The notes beneath the pieces are model-generated. The model ran no database searches, was not told the origin of the DNA, and saw nothing but the letters and a program-made list of their open reading frames with translations. Below, in pieces: positions 52,999 to 62,904 of a stretch of DNA of 64,000 bases. This DNA comes from a virus, in the IMG/VR virus record IMGVR_UViG_3300048583_000274, positions 1-64,000 of that record; one strand, written 5' to 3'. Each line of letters starts with the position of its first letter. Within the stretch, counting starts at the first letter, position 1. A program made the translations under genes and the position numbers.

Positions 52999-54210
52999 AT
53001 GAATCGTAACAATGATGTGTACTCTGTACTAGTTACAAAAGGAAATGCTGCACTAGCAACTTCAGGGACTGCCCCTGATGCCTTAGCAGTAGGGCAATTA
53101 GGCTTTTTTAATCCTGATACCCATTTAGCTTTTGGAGCAACTGCTCCTGCTGATACTAAAGCTTTTTATATTGCTTTAGGTATTGATCCAAATGGAGTGG
53201 GTTCACTTCAAGACATTAGAACTTCTGCAGGTCAGTTTGTTCAAGTTAAGGGAGTTACAGGACTTTCTTATCAACCTCACACAGCAGGTAGACCTATGAT
53301 TGTAAGTGTAGGTAACTTTACTCCTGATTGTGATACTGAGTATGGAATTAGAGTTGAGTTCCGTAATTCTAGAATTAGTAGAATTCAAGGCTTTAACCAA
53401 TTCAGTAAAGCTTTTATTGTAAAAACTCCTTGTTGTGTAGCAGATGCTACAACTACAGATGCTAGTGAGTTGTCTAAATTATTTGTAAATGCTATTAATG
53501 CTGATGAGTCAGGATTAGTAATTGCTAAGTACATTGCTAGACAAGCAGTAACCACTGCCACTCACTTAACTTCTACTAACTATGCTCAAGGAGCTGTTAT
53601 GACAGAAGCTGATGTAAATGCATTAATTGCTTTCAACAAAACTGCCGGTACTCCTAAAGTTTATGCAGATTTCTCTTTGACTTCTGTTCCTGTAGCAATT
53701 GGCTCTTTCTGTCAAGTGAACTTAGCTTACCACAAATTACTTGAAACAGTTTTAGTTGTTTCTTTAATTGAAGGATTTAACTGTTCAGGTGCAGTAACTG
53801 TTAATCAATACCCAGCTTTTGAAGAAGGCTCAGGTACTAATGTACTACAAAAAGAATACCATGCATCAGGATGGGCAGGTTCAGGCCCTTACAAATTATC
53901 TGAAGTAACCGGTACTGCAAAAGGAGACATTGTATATCTTGCTGATAAAGCAATTAAGTATGATCAATTCATTTTGCAAAATGCCTTTACTTCTGAATCA
54001 GGGTGGTTAAACTATGAAAGTGTACTTTCTACAGTTATTGCTATCCCGGGCCCTGATACAGTAACAAGAAATGCTGTAGCTACTATGTTTAACTCTCTTT
54101 TAGCTAACTTTGGCTTTGAGACTTTAGTAGATGATGCTGCTGCTGCCAATGTTAACCCTGCTGTTGTAGAAGTTGATGTTGCAGATCCTTTACTTGATGG
54201 ATTAGCATAA
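52999..54210 (+). CDS. abundant structural protein candidate (second capsid or tail-tube-type protein)
   Basis: 403 aa, rich in Ala/Gly/Thr/Val, followed by a strong terminator. Confidence 0.45.
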   Translation: MNRNNDVYSVLVTKGNAALATSGTAPDALAVGQLGFFNPDTHLAFGATAPADTKAFYIALGIDPNGVGSLQDIRTSAGQFVQVKGVTGLSYQPHTAGRPMIVSVGNFTPDCDTEYGIRVEFRNSRISRIQGFNQFSKAFIVKTPCCVADATTTDASELSKLFVNAINADESGLVIAKYIARQAVTTATHLTSTNYAQGAVMTEADVNALIAFNKTAGTPKVYADFSLTSVPVAIGSFCQVNLAYHKLLETVLVVSLIEGFNCSGAVTVNQYPAFEEGSGTNVLQKEYHASGWAGSGPYKLSEVTGTAKGDIVYLADKAIKYDQFILQNAFTSESGWLNYESVLSTVIAIPGPDTVTRNAVATMFNSLLANFGFETLVDDAAAANVNPAVVEVDVADPLLDGLA

Positions 54211-54231
54211 GCTATTTACTGATAGATAAAT

Positions 54232-54268
54232 AAAAACACTCTTATTTTTTAAGAGTGTTTTTTTAATT
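54232..54268 (+). terminator. Rho-independent terminator
   Basis: aaaaacactctt (54232-54243) / aagagtgttttt (54251-54262) plus a T-tract. Confidence 0.75.
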
Positions 54269-54275
54269 TGTATAT

Positions 54276-55370
54276 TTGAACTTTGTAAATCCTATTACTA
54301 TGCTAAACTTTTTATATAATAAGTACAAAGATATTCATACTATAACCAACAACTCTGATATTCCTTTAGGATATACCATTAGTAAAGTTGTGTGTGAAAA
54401 TCTAATAGAAGTCCAAACTTCTAATTTAGCTCCGGGAGCTACAGTTACTCTTAATTTTAAAGTTGATGGGGATTATTCAATATTTCCTTATGATGCTGAT
54501 GAAAATGGAACTCCTTTTATAATTAAGTACTATGAATATCTTTTAGCTTCTTTTCTTACTAGTGCAGAAGCTCTTTTATGTAATTGTAAATCTTGTAGTG
54601 ATTGTGAAGAGTGTGATTCTTGTCAAGATTACTTAGATGCTTTTATGAAAGCTACTTCTTATAATGTAGTTCAAGGCTCTATTTATTCAGATTATATTAA
54701 GAAAGTAAGCATTGCTACTCAATGTGAATACACACATGCAATAGGATGTGAAATACTTACAGAAAGAGTAATGGGAAGCACTAATCTTCAAACTACTCTT
54801 AAAAAAGTCTTAGAGGTTTTCTATGCTTCTTTTTATTATAAAGATAAACTTGCTGCTACAGACTTAGAGGAACTCAACTACATTACTGCTAAATACAAAT
54901 GTATTTTAAAACTTAAAATTAAATTTGAAGATTTAGTACAGATATTTGAAGAAAGTCCTTATGTATACTTTTGGCAACTCCTTAATGAAGAATCTGATAT
55001 TTCTGATGTACAGCTAAGTATAGCTGCATCAGGACAATATTATTTAGATACTAAGAGTAAATTACCTTATGTAAATTTTGATTCTACAGTTGGGGGAGTA
55101 GTTACTTTATACTTTGGTCTTGCCGGCCCAATTTGTTTTGCTATCCAAGCTATTCCTAATAGTGTGTATAACATACTAAATTCAGCAAATACAAACTTGA
55201 ATATTTATTTTGATTCTTATTATGAACCAAACTTAAATGCTCTTGTTTTTGTTTCTAAACCTTCTTTAACTATTTTACCGGAAATGGAGTTTAAATTTTT
55301 AAAAGTGTCTAGTGAGCAGATACTTTATCCTTCTGCTTTCACAGACCCTTATAACCCTATATACAGTTAA
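54276..55370 (+). CDS. hypothetical virion-module protein with Cys cluster
   Basis: The first ATG is at 54300. It carries the cluster CNCKSCSDCEECDSCQD. Confidence 0.5.
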   Translation: MNFVNPITMLNFLYNKYKDIHTITNNSDIPLGYTISKVVCENLIEVQTSNLAPGATVTLNFKVDGDYSIFPYDADENGTPFIIKYYEYLLASFLTSAEALLCNCKSCSDCEECDSCQDYLDAFMKATSYNVVQGSIYSDYIKKVSIATQCEYTHAIGCEILTERVMGSTNLQTTLKKVLEVFYASFYYKDKLAATDLEELNYITAKYKCILKLKIKFEDLVQIFEESPYVYFWQLLNEESDISDVQLSIAASGQYYLDTKSKLPYVNFDSTVGGVVTLYFGLAGPICFAIQAIPNSVYNILNSANTNLNIYFDSYYEPNLNALVFVSKPSLTILPEMEFKFLKVSSEQILYPSAFTDPYNPIYS

Positions 55371-55373
55371 GCC

Positions 55374-55823
55374 ATGACTAGACCTGAAATTAATACTATT
55401 ATTGATAGTGCTATCACTAACAAAGTAACAAAAAACAGTATCACTCCTCAAATTGATGGAGCCAACAGAAAGAAAATGTTGGACTATGTAGATGAAAAAA
55501 GACCTTATAGTTCTTATTGTGTTTTTTTAACTCAATCAGGTACAAGTGCTCCTGTAGAAGCTTTAAAATTTGAAAACTCTATTGGAAACATAATATGGAC
55601 TAGAAGTTCTGTAGGTAATTATGTAGGGACTCTTGTAGGGGCTTTCCCTACAGGAAAAGTATTTTTTCCAAACTCTAAGTATTGTATTTTTGCTTCCGGA
55701 TCAGACCAAAGAAATATTTCTTTAGCTAGTCCTACTGAAAACACTATAACATTAGTACATGATGATGGTACTGTAGGTATTGATGTATTTGAAATTTATT
55801 TAGAAGTTAGAGTATATAATTAA
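55374..55823 (+). CDS. hypothetical virion-module protein
   Basis: 149-aa ORF in the array. Confidence 0.5.
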   Translation: MTRPEINTIIDSAITNKVTKNSITPQIDGANRKKMLDYVDEKRPYSSYCVFLTQSGTSAPVEALKFENSIGNIIWTRSSVGNYVGTLVGAFPTGKVFFPNSKYCIFASGSDQRNISLASPTENTITLVHDDGTVGIDVFEIYLEVRVYN

Positions 55824-55833
55824 AAGATAACTA

Positions 55834-56490
55834 ATGGTAGATTTAACAAAAATCAAAAAAGACATAAGTTGGCTTATAGAACAAGTCGAGTGTATTTTAT
55901 CTTTTGCTTTATCTGCTACTAAGTGGAGTCCTGCTCATGAATCTGCAACAGGAAACAAGTACTTAGAAGGTACTTTAGTTTATAATGAAGGTAAGATTTA
56001 TAAGTGTAGATTAGAGAATAATGGAGTCCCTACTTCAAATAGTTTATATTGGAAGTGTATTGGTTTAGGATGGCTATTGAGTCAAGAACAAGCTGATTGG
56101 AATTCTACAGGAGGAGATAATTTCATTAGAAATAAACCTACCAAGCTTTCTGATTTTATAAATGATATTACTATCAATAGTACAGAAAATTGGTTAGTAA
56201 TAACAGAAAACCAAACTTTAGCTTTAAATGTTTCTTATTTAACAAATAATGCTACTAAGCTTGAATTGACTCTTCCAACTATTAATTCTTTAAGTAAAGT
56301 AAGAGTTGCTTCAAAATTAGGGGGATGGAAATTAATTGTTCCTGTAGGTTGGAGTGTTTTACTAGCAGATGAAATAGTCACAGAAAGTATTGAAAGTACT
56401 TTAGACACTGATAGTATAGAACTAGTACCAACTTTAGGAAACAAGTATTTAGTAACAAATCTTTTTGGAAACGTAATCTTTAATAATTAA
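55834..56490 (+). CDS. fibre-associated protein with CBM5/12-like carbohydrate-binding motif (putative)
   Basis: KYLEGTLVYNEGKIYKCRLENNGVPTSNSLYWKCIG resembles the Y..G..V.Y.GK.Y....P....W aromatic pattern. Confidence 0.4.
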   Translation: MVDLTKIKKDISWLIEQVECILSFALSATKWSPAHESATGNKYLEGTLVYNEGKIYKCRLENNGVPTSNSLYWKCIGLGWLLSQEQADWNSTGGDNFIRNKPTKLSDFINDITINSTENWLVITENQTLALNVSYLTNNATKLELTLPTINSLSKVRVASKLGGWKLIVPVGWSVLLADEIVTESIESTLDTDSIELVPTLGNKYLVTNLFGNVIFNN

Positions 56491-56493
56491 AAA

Positions 56494-56991
56494 ATGAACT
56501 TAAAACATAACACAAAAATAGCTCAACATTACTATCTAGAATGTTATGGAGCAGATGGAAAGCTTAAGTGGAAAGATGATTTTGAGAATCTAGTTGTAAC
56601 AGCAGGTAGGAATCAATACTTAGATGCTACTCTTAAAACAGGAGTAACCTCTCCGGTATGGTATGTAGGGCTAAAAAATGCTGTAGCTGAAACTGCTGCA
56701 GATACTATGGCATCAAAAGCTTGGACTGAATTAACAGGATACTCTCAAGCCACAAGACCTCAATGGATTCCCGGAGTAATTGCATCAGGTTCTGTTGACA
56801 ATATAGCTTCTAAAGCAGTGTTTAATGTAAATGCAAATGCAACAATCTCAGGAGCTTTCCTAGTGAATAATAACACTAAAGGAGGAACTACAGGTATTCT
56901 TTTAGGGGCCGGAGCTTTTGCTCCTCCTAGAGATGTAATAATTGGAGATATTTTAAATGTAACAGTAATCTGTTCAGCAACCTCAGCATAA
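56494..56991 (+). CDS. hypothetical virion-module protein
   Basis: 165-aa ORF in the array. Confidence 0.5.
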   Translation: MNLKHNTKIAQHYYLECYGADGKLKWKDDFENLVVTAGRNQYLDATLKTGVTSPVWYVGLKNAVAETAADTMASKAWTELTGYSQATRPQWIPGVIASGSVDNIASKAVFNVNANATISGAFLVNNNTKGGTTGILLGAGAFAPPRDVIIGDILNVTVICSATSA

Positions 56992-57001
56992 TTTTTATAC
57001 T

Positions 57002-57181
57002 ATGATAACTATAGCTCTTAACCAAGAAGTTGCTGTAAACAAGAATTATATCACTTGTGTTGAAGGAGAATATAATCCAATTGATTATATTCCTTGTAAA
57101 CTAAAAGATGAACTAGAAGATAATACAGTAATGTTCCTTGCAATGCAAGTAAATACCACAGAAAATGAAAGTAGCAATTGA
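57002..57181 (+). CDS. small hypothetical protein
   Basis: 59-aa ORF (MITIALNQEV...), just under the track cutoff. It fills the gap and overlaps the next start by 17 nt. Confidence 0.35.
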   Translation: MITIALNQEVAVNKNYITCVEGEYNPIDYIPCKLKDELEDNTVMFLAMQVNTTENESSN

Positions 57182-59303
57182 ACAAATATTTAATGGTTCC
57201 TTAGATCAAGTAGCAGTAGGTGGAGCTTATGATGCTACTAAAATCAATAGAGGGAAACATGGTGGACAATATAATTTAGGCTCAGGGCCTATTGATAAAT
57301 TCATTGGCCCTTGTCCTTTAGGAGTTGCTAATTTTGGAGAAAGTTCTTTAGCAATTCCTTCCCAATTTGTACATCCTGTAAAAATTACTGATGATTTGTT
57401 TTGGATATTTGGTTCTGATGTTGCTACTGCTGCAGCTACTAGAAGAGTTCAATTATGGACGTTTGTGCCTTCAACAAACACATATACCTTTAGGGGAGCA
57501 ATAACTTGTACTTTTCCAACAGCAACAAATCACACAGTAAGAGGATTAAGAGCAATTTTAACCAATTACACAACAGGCACTGTAGCTGTAAGCGGAACAG
57601 GAGTTACCGGAACCGGAACAGCTTTTACAACTGGATTGTCAATAGGAAGTAGAATTGGTTTTGGCTCAACAGATCCAAACGAAATTGTAACATGGTATCA
57701 AATTTCTGCCATTGGTTCAGCAACAGGAATAACTTTGACAAGTTCTGCAGGAACTATTACTGCTGGAACTCCTTACGTAATTCAAGATTTAATGGTTGTT
57801 CAAGCTACAACCAACGCAACAGCAACAAATGGAGGTTTATTTATTACCAAAGGATTAAGATTTGAGGACTTTAATAATCCTGCAACGGCTATTCCTGCGG
57901 CTACAACAGTTGATAAAATTAAAGCTACTTATTGGTTGAGAGACGCTGCTACAATTACCAATGACGCAATTGGAGGATGTGCATTAGGAAATCTTGATTC
58001 TTTAACTCAACAGTATATCTATTGTACAGAAGGAGCTGCTTCTTCCTTACAAATGTATAGATATAATATAAGAACTCCTTTGACCTTAACAGCAGGTGCT
58101 CACACTTTAACTGGTAGTGATATTGTTATAACAGGGACTCAAGCAGTAACCGGTAATATTTCTCAAGCAAACAATGGTAGAGAAGCAATTCTTAATCATG
58201 GCCCGGGAGCAGGAGTTTCTTGTATCTATGCTTTTACAACTACAAGGATTTTAAGAATACCTATTGCTTCTATTACAGCAGGGAGTACTACCTTTGTTGC
58301 AGATTCTATGTCAGAAGTACCTGCAGGAGGAGCAAACACAAGTATATTAACAGGAGGATTTGTAGCTATGGATATTTCTCAAGCACTTGATAAATTAATC
58401 ATTGTTGGTAATACTTCTACAGGAACAATTTATATTACAGATTATTATACCGGGGGCCAACAAATAGACAGAAGAAGTGGATGTTTGACAGCACAGTTAC
58501 CTTCAGCAAATAGAGATACAGATAGTCCTATTTTTGTACATAGTGTTACAAATAACATTCCTTTTGTTTGGGCAGAAGATGGTTGGTTGTTTTATGTATT
58601 TGCACAAGCTGTAACAACAACTATTAACTCAATGGTAGCTTATCCTTTAGCAGCAGATTTAGAATTTGAAGCAGAAGTAACAAATAGAATTATTTGTCCT
58701 AAGATTCCTCTTGGAGCTGTTCCGGGAAGATTATATAGAGCTTTAGTAAATGCAGTAACAAATATTGGGGACAATACAATGGGAGTTTCTCCTGATATGT
58801 ATTTACTTGAAGTAAGAAGCTCAGGTATTGATGATAATACAGGTTCTTGGACACCTGTTCCTCAAAATGGGGATTTATCAGGTTTAGGAGTTCCTTTAAA
58901 TATACAATTTGCTTTTAGATTTAGAACTGCAGGAGTAGTAATGCTTCCAAGTAGAATCCTTTCATTAGCACTATTATATGAACTTGCAGATGCTCTTCCT
59001 TTCATGTATAGATGGAACTATGTAGATTTTAATACTACTAATGGAACATTTGGTTGGGTTCAATCTCAGTTATATGGAGGTGCTTTGCCTGTTCACACTA
59101 TAACTATTTACAGAGCAGATACAAATATTGGAGTATTAACTCAAGCAAGTTCAGGAAGTACAAATGGAACTTTTGAAAATTGGAATGGATCAGCTTGGGT
59201 AGCAGGGATTGGAGCTGACACAGTAGGCAGAAGAAGAAGATTTGTTCCTACTGCTTCATTACCGGCAAGTGTTGATTTATATGCATTCATAACTTTAAGC
59301 TAA
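57165..59303 (+). CDS. tail fibre/spike-like protein
   Basis: 712 aa, rich in Thr/Gly/Ala/Ser beta-type sequence, within the distal structural block. Confidence 0.45.
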   Translation: MKVAIEQIFNGSLDQVAVGGAYDATKINRGKHGGQYNLGSGPIDKFIGPCPLGVANFGESSLAIPSQFVHPVKITDDLFWIFGSDVATAAATRRVQLWTFVPSTNTYTFRGAITCTFPTATNHTVRGLRAILTNYTTGTVAVSGTGVTGTGTAFTTGLSIGSRIGFGSTDPNEIVTWYQISAIGSATGITLTSSAGTITAGTPYVIQDLMVVQATTNATATNGGLFITKGLRFEDFNNPATAIPAATTVDKIKATYWLRDAATITNDAIGGCALGNLDSLTQQYIYCTEGAASSLQMYRYNIRTPLTLTAGAHTLTGSDIVITGTQAVTGNISQANNGREAILNHGPGAGVSCIYAFTTTRILRIPIASITAGSTTFVADSMSEVPAGGANTSILTGGFVAMDISQALDKLIIVGNTSTGTIYITDYYTGGQQIDRRSGCLTAQLPSANRDTDSPIFVHSVTNNIPFVWAEDGWLFYVFAQAVTTTINSMVAYPLAADLEFEAEVTNRIICPKIPLGAVPGRLYRALVNAVTNIGDNTMGVSPDMYLLEVRSSGIDDNTGSWTPVPQNGDLSGLGVPLNIQFAFRFRTAGVVMLPSRILSLALLYELADALPFMYRWNYVDFNTTNGTFGWVQSQLYGGALPVHTITIYRADTNIGVLTQASSGSTNGTFENWNGSAWVAGIGADTVGRRRRFVPTASLPASVDLYAFITLS

Positions 59304-59304
59304 A

Positions 59305-59976
59305 ATGGCAAACAACTTAAACTTTGGAGGGGCAGAAGCTATACTTGTAAGAGATACAGGTATAGCTAATGCTGTACAAGGTTTTGTTACAAAAGAAATA
59401 ACTCAAGGAGCTAATGTTGTAGGATTACCTACAACAATTTTTTTTACTCTTGATAAAAGAGTTGTTACTCCTCAAGAAGTAGCTTTTACAGTTTATGAAG
59501 CAATTTTAAATCTATCAATAGAGACAGGTATTACAAGCTCTTTAAATTTAGAAATGAATCCTCTTCTTTCTTTGATTTCAGATACTTCTTTAGGAGAGAT
59601 AGGAAATCTAGATTTATTGACACAGATAAATTTATCTGCAATTAAGAACATAGCTTTGACTACAGAGATGATTATAGAGCTTACTAACCTCTTAGCAGTT
59701 AATCAAATAATATCTACTCAGATAGCCTTAGAAATCATTTCAACAATGTCTCTAAGTACAGATAATCAGATAAACACTGAAGCTTTTTTAGATATTATGA
59801 GTTCTGTTAATTTAGAGATGGATACTCAAATAAGTTTTGATAGTGATTTAACTGTTCCAATTGAAGTATTGTTAGAACTAAATATTGATGTAACTTTGTT
59901 CTCTGAGAGTTCTTATGGATTGCTTAGGTTAATAAACTTTTTGTACATGAAAAACTTTCATAAAATTATAGGGTAA
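59305..59976 (+). CDS. hypothetical virion-module protein with internal duplication
   Basis: ITSSLNLEMNPLLSL and IMSSVNLEMDTQISF segments lie ~90 aa apart. Leu/Ile/Thr/Ser-rich periodicity. Confidence 0.45.
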   Translation: MANNLNFGGAEAILVRDTGIANAVQGFVTKEITQGANVVGLPTTIFFTLDKRVVTPQEVAFTVYEAILNLSIETGITSSLNLEMNPLLSLISDTSLGEIGNLDLLTQINLSAIKNIALTTEMIIELTNLLAVNQIISTQIALEIISTMSLSTDNQINTEAFLDIMSSVNLEMDTQISFDSDLTVPIEVLLELNIDVTLFSESSYGLLRLINFLYMKNFHKIIG

Positions 59977-61784
59977 TGGGAAGAATAAATTCATTTGGAG
60001 CATGGTTTGAAAAAATAACAGAAGGTTGGGTTTTTGGGACTCAACTACATAAACTTATTTTCAAAGGAAATGCTGAAATACAAGGAAGAACTTCAGGCCC
60101 TCAATACATACATTTACTTCAAAACAAAAATGGCACTCTTGCTCATTTAGATGATTTAAGTGCTGCCGGAATTTCAGATGCTCCTATTGATGGAAGCTTA
60201 TATGGCAGAAAAAATGCTGATTGGGAAGTAATACCTTTTTTTGAGCCTGCTGATTATGATTTAGAACAATTTAATAATGGAGGATTAGATCCTTTTGCTT
60301 ATCAAAGTCAAATACCTTATGTGCCAACTGAACTAGATGAATTTGGAAATAGTGGAGGAGATCCTTATGTTAGAGTTAGTGGAATACCTTATGTCCCTAC
60401 TGACTTGAGTGAATTTACAAACTTAGACCTAAATAACCCTTATTTAAGACTGTATGACAGACCACATCCTTTGTTTAAGCTCTATGCAACTGATACAGAT
60501 GTTGACCCACTAGATTTATCTTTGATTGGTAAAAATTTAGTTTATACACAAACAACTACTTCTTTTAATACAGGTTTAATAGCTCCTAGTAGTAGTTTTA
60601 TTTTACCTTCTTTATCTATAAAAAGCCCTTTTACTCAAGGGCATGGACAAATTTGGGGGCAGATTAATGTCAATGTTTTTTCAACTATTGCTTTAAGTAA
60701 TATTCAAATAAATTATTACATTGAAAAAATAGATCCTTTAGGAAATGTTACTTCAATTAGCGGAGGCAGTGGAACAATAGATGTAGGTTTTATAGGGATT
60801 GCCTCCCCTATATACAATCTAAAATCTTTATTTATTTTACCCCCCAATACTTTTTTACCAACAGAAGGATTATTGTTTACATTTATAGTTTCAGCAGTAG
60901 GTATAAATTCTAATGTAAACATTCAAATTGGAGACACTAATTTAGGAGGTATTAATTTTTACATGCCTTTTAATGATTGGAAGTATAAAAAAATAATTGA
61001 TGATGCTCCGGTTCAAGCAGATATTGATGATTTACAAGTTCAAATAGATGCTCTTGATTTTAATCTAGGAGATATTGTTTCAAGAGAAATGATTGAAAAC
61101 GGATTAGCTTGGTTTTTACCTGCTTTAAATGGTATAGCTAGTGATGCAAGAAATAGTGCAAGAGTTAACACAAATCCAATTTATTTTGGAACAGTAAGTG
61201 TGGGAGCTTTACAGTTTAGTATTACTGCTCATAGTATTAATGGAGCAGGTCAAATTTCAGGAGTTAGGGCACACACAGGATTTAGTTTATCTCCTAGAAA
61301 TGGAATTGATACAGTAAGAGATTTCTATCCACCACCATTACCCGCAAGTTCTGATGCTAGATATACTGTTGGGTGGTCACAACAATTCAATGCTGCAGAC
61401 CCAACTAACACTGATCAGTTAACTCATATTAACTGCATGTATCTTTGTAAATTAGCTACATCTGACAATTTACATATAGTACATAATGACAATACAGGAA
61501 CAGCTACTTCTATTAATTTAGGTACTGATTTTCCTGCAAACTCAGCTTTATATAAATATAGGTTTTTTGTTAGAAAAACAACAAACTCAAACTATACTGT
61601 ACAAGCTATAAGAACAACCTTGTCAACAGGAGCTATTTTAGCTTCAACAGTTTATAATATTACTACAGACTTACCAAATCTTGCAGCAGATTTGAATCAG
61701 ATATTTTATATATCTTCAAATACACAAACAGGTTTCTATGTTTTTGGAGACTATGGTTTAATGGTTAAAAGAACACCAATATGA
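59976..61784 (+). CDS. tail fibre-like protein
   Basis: 602 aa. Short repeats IPYVPTELDEFGN and IPYVPTDLSEFTN are present. Its start overlaps the upstream stop. Confidence 0.45.
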   Translation: MGRINSFGAWFEKITEGWVFGTQLHKLIFKGNAEIQGRTSGPQYIHLLQNKNGTLAHLDDLSAAGISDAPIDGSLYGRKNADWEVIPFFEPADYDLEQFNNGGLDPFAYQSQIPYVPTELDEFGNSGGDPYVRVSGIPYVPTDLSEFTNLDLNNPYLRLYDRPHPLFKLYATDTDVDPLDLSLIGKNLVYTQTTTSFNTGLIAPSSSFILPSLSIKSPFTQGHGQIWGQINVNVFSTIALSNIQINYYIEKIDPLGNVTSISGGSGTIDVGFIGIASPIYNLKSLFILPPNTFLPTEGLLFTFIVSAVGINSNVNIQIGDTNLGGINFYMPFNDWKYKKIIDDAPVQADIDDLQVQIDALDFNLGDIVSREMIENGLAWFLPALNGIASDARNSARVNTNPIYFGTVSVGALQFSITAHSINGAGQISGVRAHTGFSLSPRNGIDTVRDFYPPPLPASSDARYTVGWSQQFNAADPTNTDQLTHINCMYLCKLATSDNLHIVHNDNTGTATSINLGTDFPANSALYKYRFFVRKTTNSNYTVQAIRTTLSTGAILASTVYNITTDLPNLAADLNQIFYISSNTQTGFYVFGDYGLMVKRTPI

Positions 61785-62542
61785 TATATGTAACAAAATA
61801 TAATCAGTACATTGATGAAAACAATCAACTTGTATCTGAAGCTGATTTACTTGCTTATTTAGAAGCTAGTGGAACTGTATTGCCTACAGATTTTGTGTTT
61901 CCAAATGAACCTTTACTAGTAGCAGAGCTAAAAGAACAGGCTATAAAAGACCAAATAGCTCTTGCTCAACAACTAGCTTTAGAAAGTGTAATAACACAAG
62001 CACAAACCTTGCCTGACACTGATGCTGTGGCTGTTCAAGCTGTCTATCCTTTATGGGATAGTTTTGCAGATAAAACTCCTCCTCATTGGTTTACTCCTAA
62101 TTTTAAAGTAAATGATTTTGAAGGTACTGAATTATGCTTATACAGAATTATTACTCCTCATGCTTGGCAACTAGATAGAAAGCCTAGTGAAACTCCTGCT
62201 CTTTGGAGTAAAATCATTATTGGAGGGGATGGCATTGAAGTATGGACACAACCTATTGGAGGAGATGGAAAATATCCTTTAATAGATCCACTCACTTCTT
62301 TACCCTATGAAGTAAAACACAACACTATTACTTGGAGAAATAGAAGAACTTTAAATACATCTGAACCGGGAACTGCAAGTTCAGGATGGTTACAAGTTTC
62401 AAATTTACCTGCCCCATGGTACTTTTTAGGGAATGAAGGTTATCCTTTAGATTGGGAAGTTACACATAATGGAAATACTTGGAAAAACAATAATGCTAAT
62501 AACACTTGGGAACCGGGTGTATTTGGTTGGAGTATAATTTAA
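61781..62542 (+). CDS. protein with repeated CBM5/12-like aromatic motifs
   Basis: VKHNTITWRNRRTLNTSEPGTASSGW and VTHNGNTWKNNNANNTWEPGVFGW repeats. Confidence 0.45.
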   Translation: MIYVTKYNQYIDENNQLVSEADLLAYLEASGTVLPTDFVFPNEPLLVAELKEQAIKDQIALAQQLALESVITQAQTLPDTDAVAVQAVYPLWDSFADKTPPHWFTPNFKVNDFEGTELCLYRIITPHAWQLDRKPSETPALWSKIIIGGDGIEVWTQPIGGDGKYPLIDPLTSLPYEVKHNTITWRNRRTLNTSEPGTASSGWLQVSNLPAPWYFLGNEGYPLDWEVTHNGNTWKNNNANNTWEPGVFGWSII

Positions 62543-62554
62543 AAACTAGAAACT

Positions 62555-62860
62555 ATGAAAAGATTAATTAAAATTTTGGATTTATTTAAGCTTGTTCCTG
62601 ACAAGCAATTACATTTTTCTTGGGGAGATAACATAGCTTTTATTGTTATGTGTGTATTGATGCTTGTACCAACAACTTTAAGGCTTTGGGAGATATGTCT
62701 TTTAGGAGTTATTGCTGCTGTGTTTGCCGGAATTGCAAAAGAAATTAAAGATGCTTGGGAAAAAGATAATAAGCCTGACTACAAGGATGCCATTGCTACT
62801 TCATTAGGAGGAGTATGGGCTGTAATAAAAATATTATTTTTATGTTTTTTATTACAATAA
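62555..62860 (+). CDS. small membrane protein (holin candidate)
   Basis: 101 aa with three hydrophobic helices. Confidence 0.35.
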   Translation: MKRLIKILDLFKLVPDKQLHFSWGDNIAFIVMCVLMLVPTTLRLWEICLLGVIAAVFAGIAKEIKDAWEKDNKPDYKDAIATSLGGVWAVIKILFLCFLLQ

Positions 62861-62904
62861 GATAGTGCTACATATTTTTAATAATCTTAAATTTACACAC
62901 TAAA

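Noticed and set aside
454-60922. Opposite-strand or shadow ORFs from the six-frame track: 454..771+, 2357..2560+, 3987..4313+, 12606..12815+, 19358..19579+, 19636..19842+, 20516..20746+, 21308..21643+, 24140..24334+, 24976..25173-, 26161..26394-, 26174..26470+, 27708..27923+, 34979..35203+, 39515..39697+, 41740..41934-, 41931..42149-, 43957..44154-, 46976..47185-, 48563..48769-, 48669..49127-, 49357..49545-, 50768..50965+, 53203..53400-, 56235..56444-, 60716..60922-
   Set aside because: Each lies entirely or almost entirely inside a longer ORF with motif or synteny support, either on the opposite strand or, for 24976..25173-, 26161..26394- and 50768..50965+, in another frame of the same strand. 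They have low-complexity Ser/Leu/Phe/Ile-rich translations typical of antisense or out-of-frame reading of AT-rich genes, and they break the strict strand polarity of the modules.
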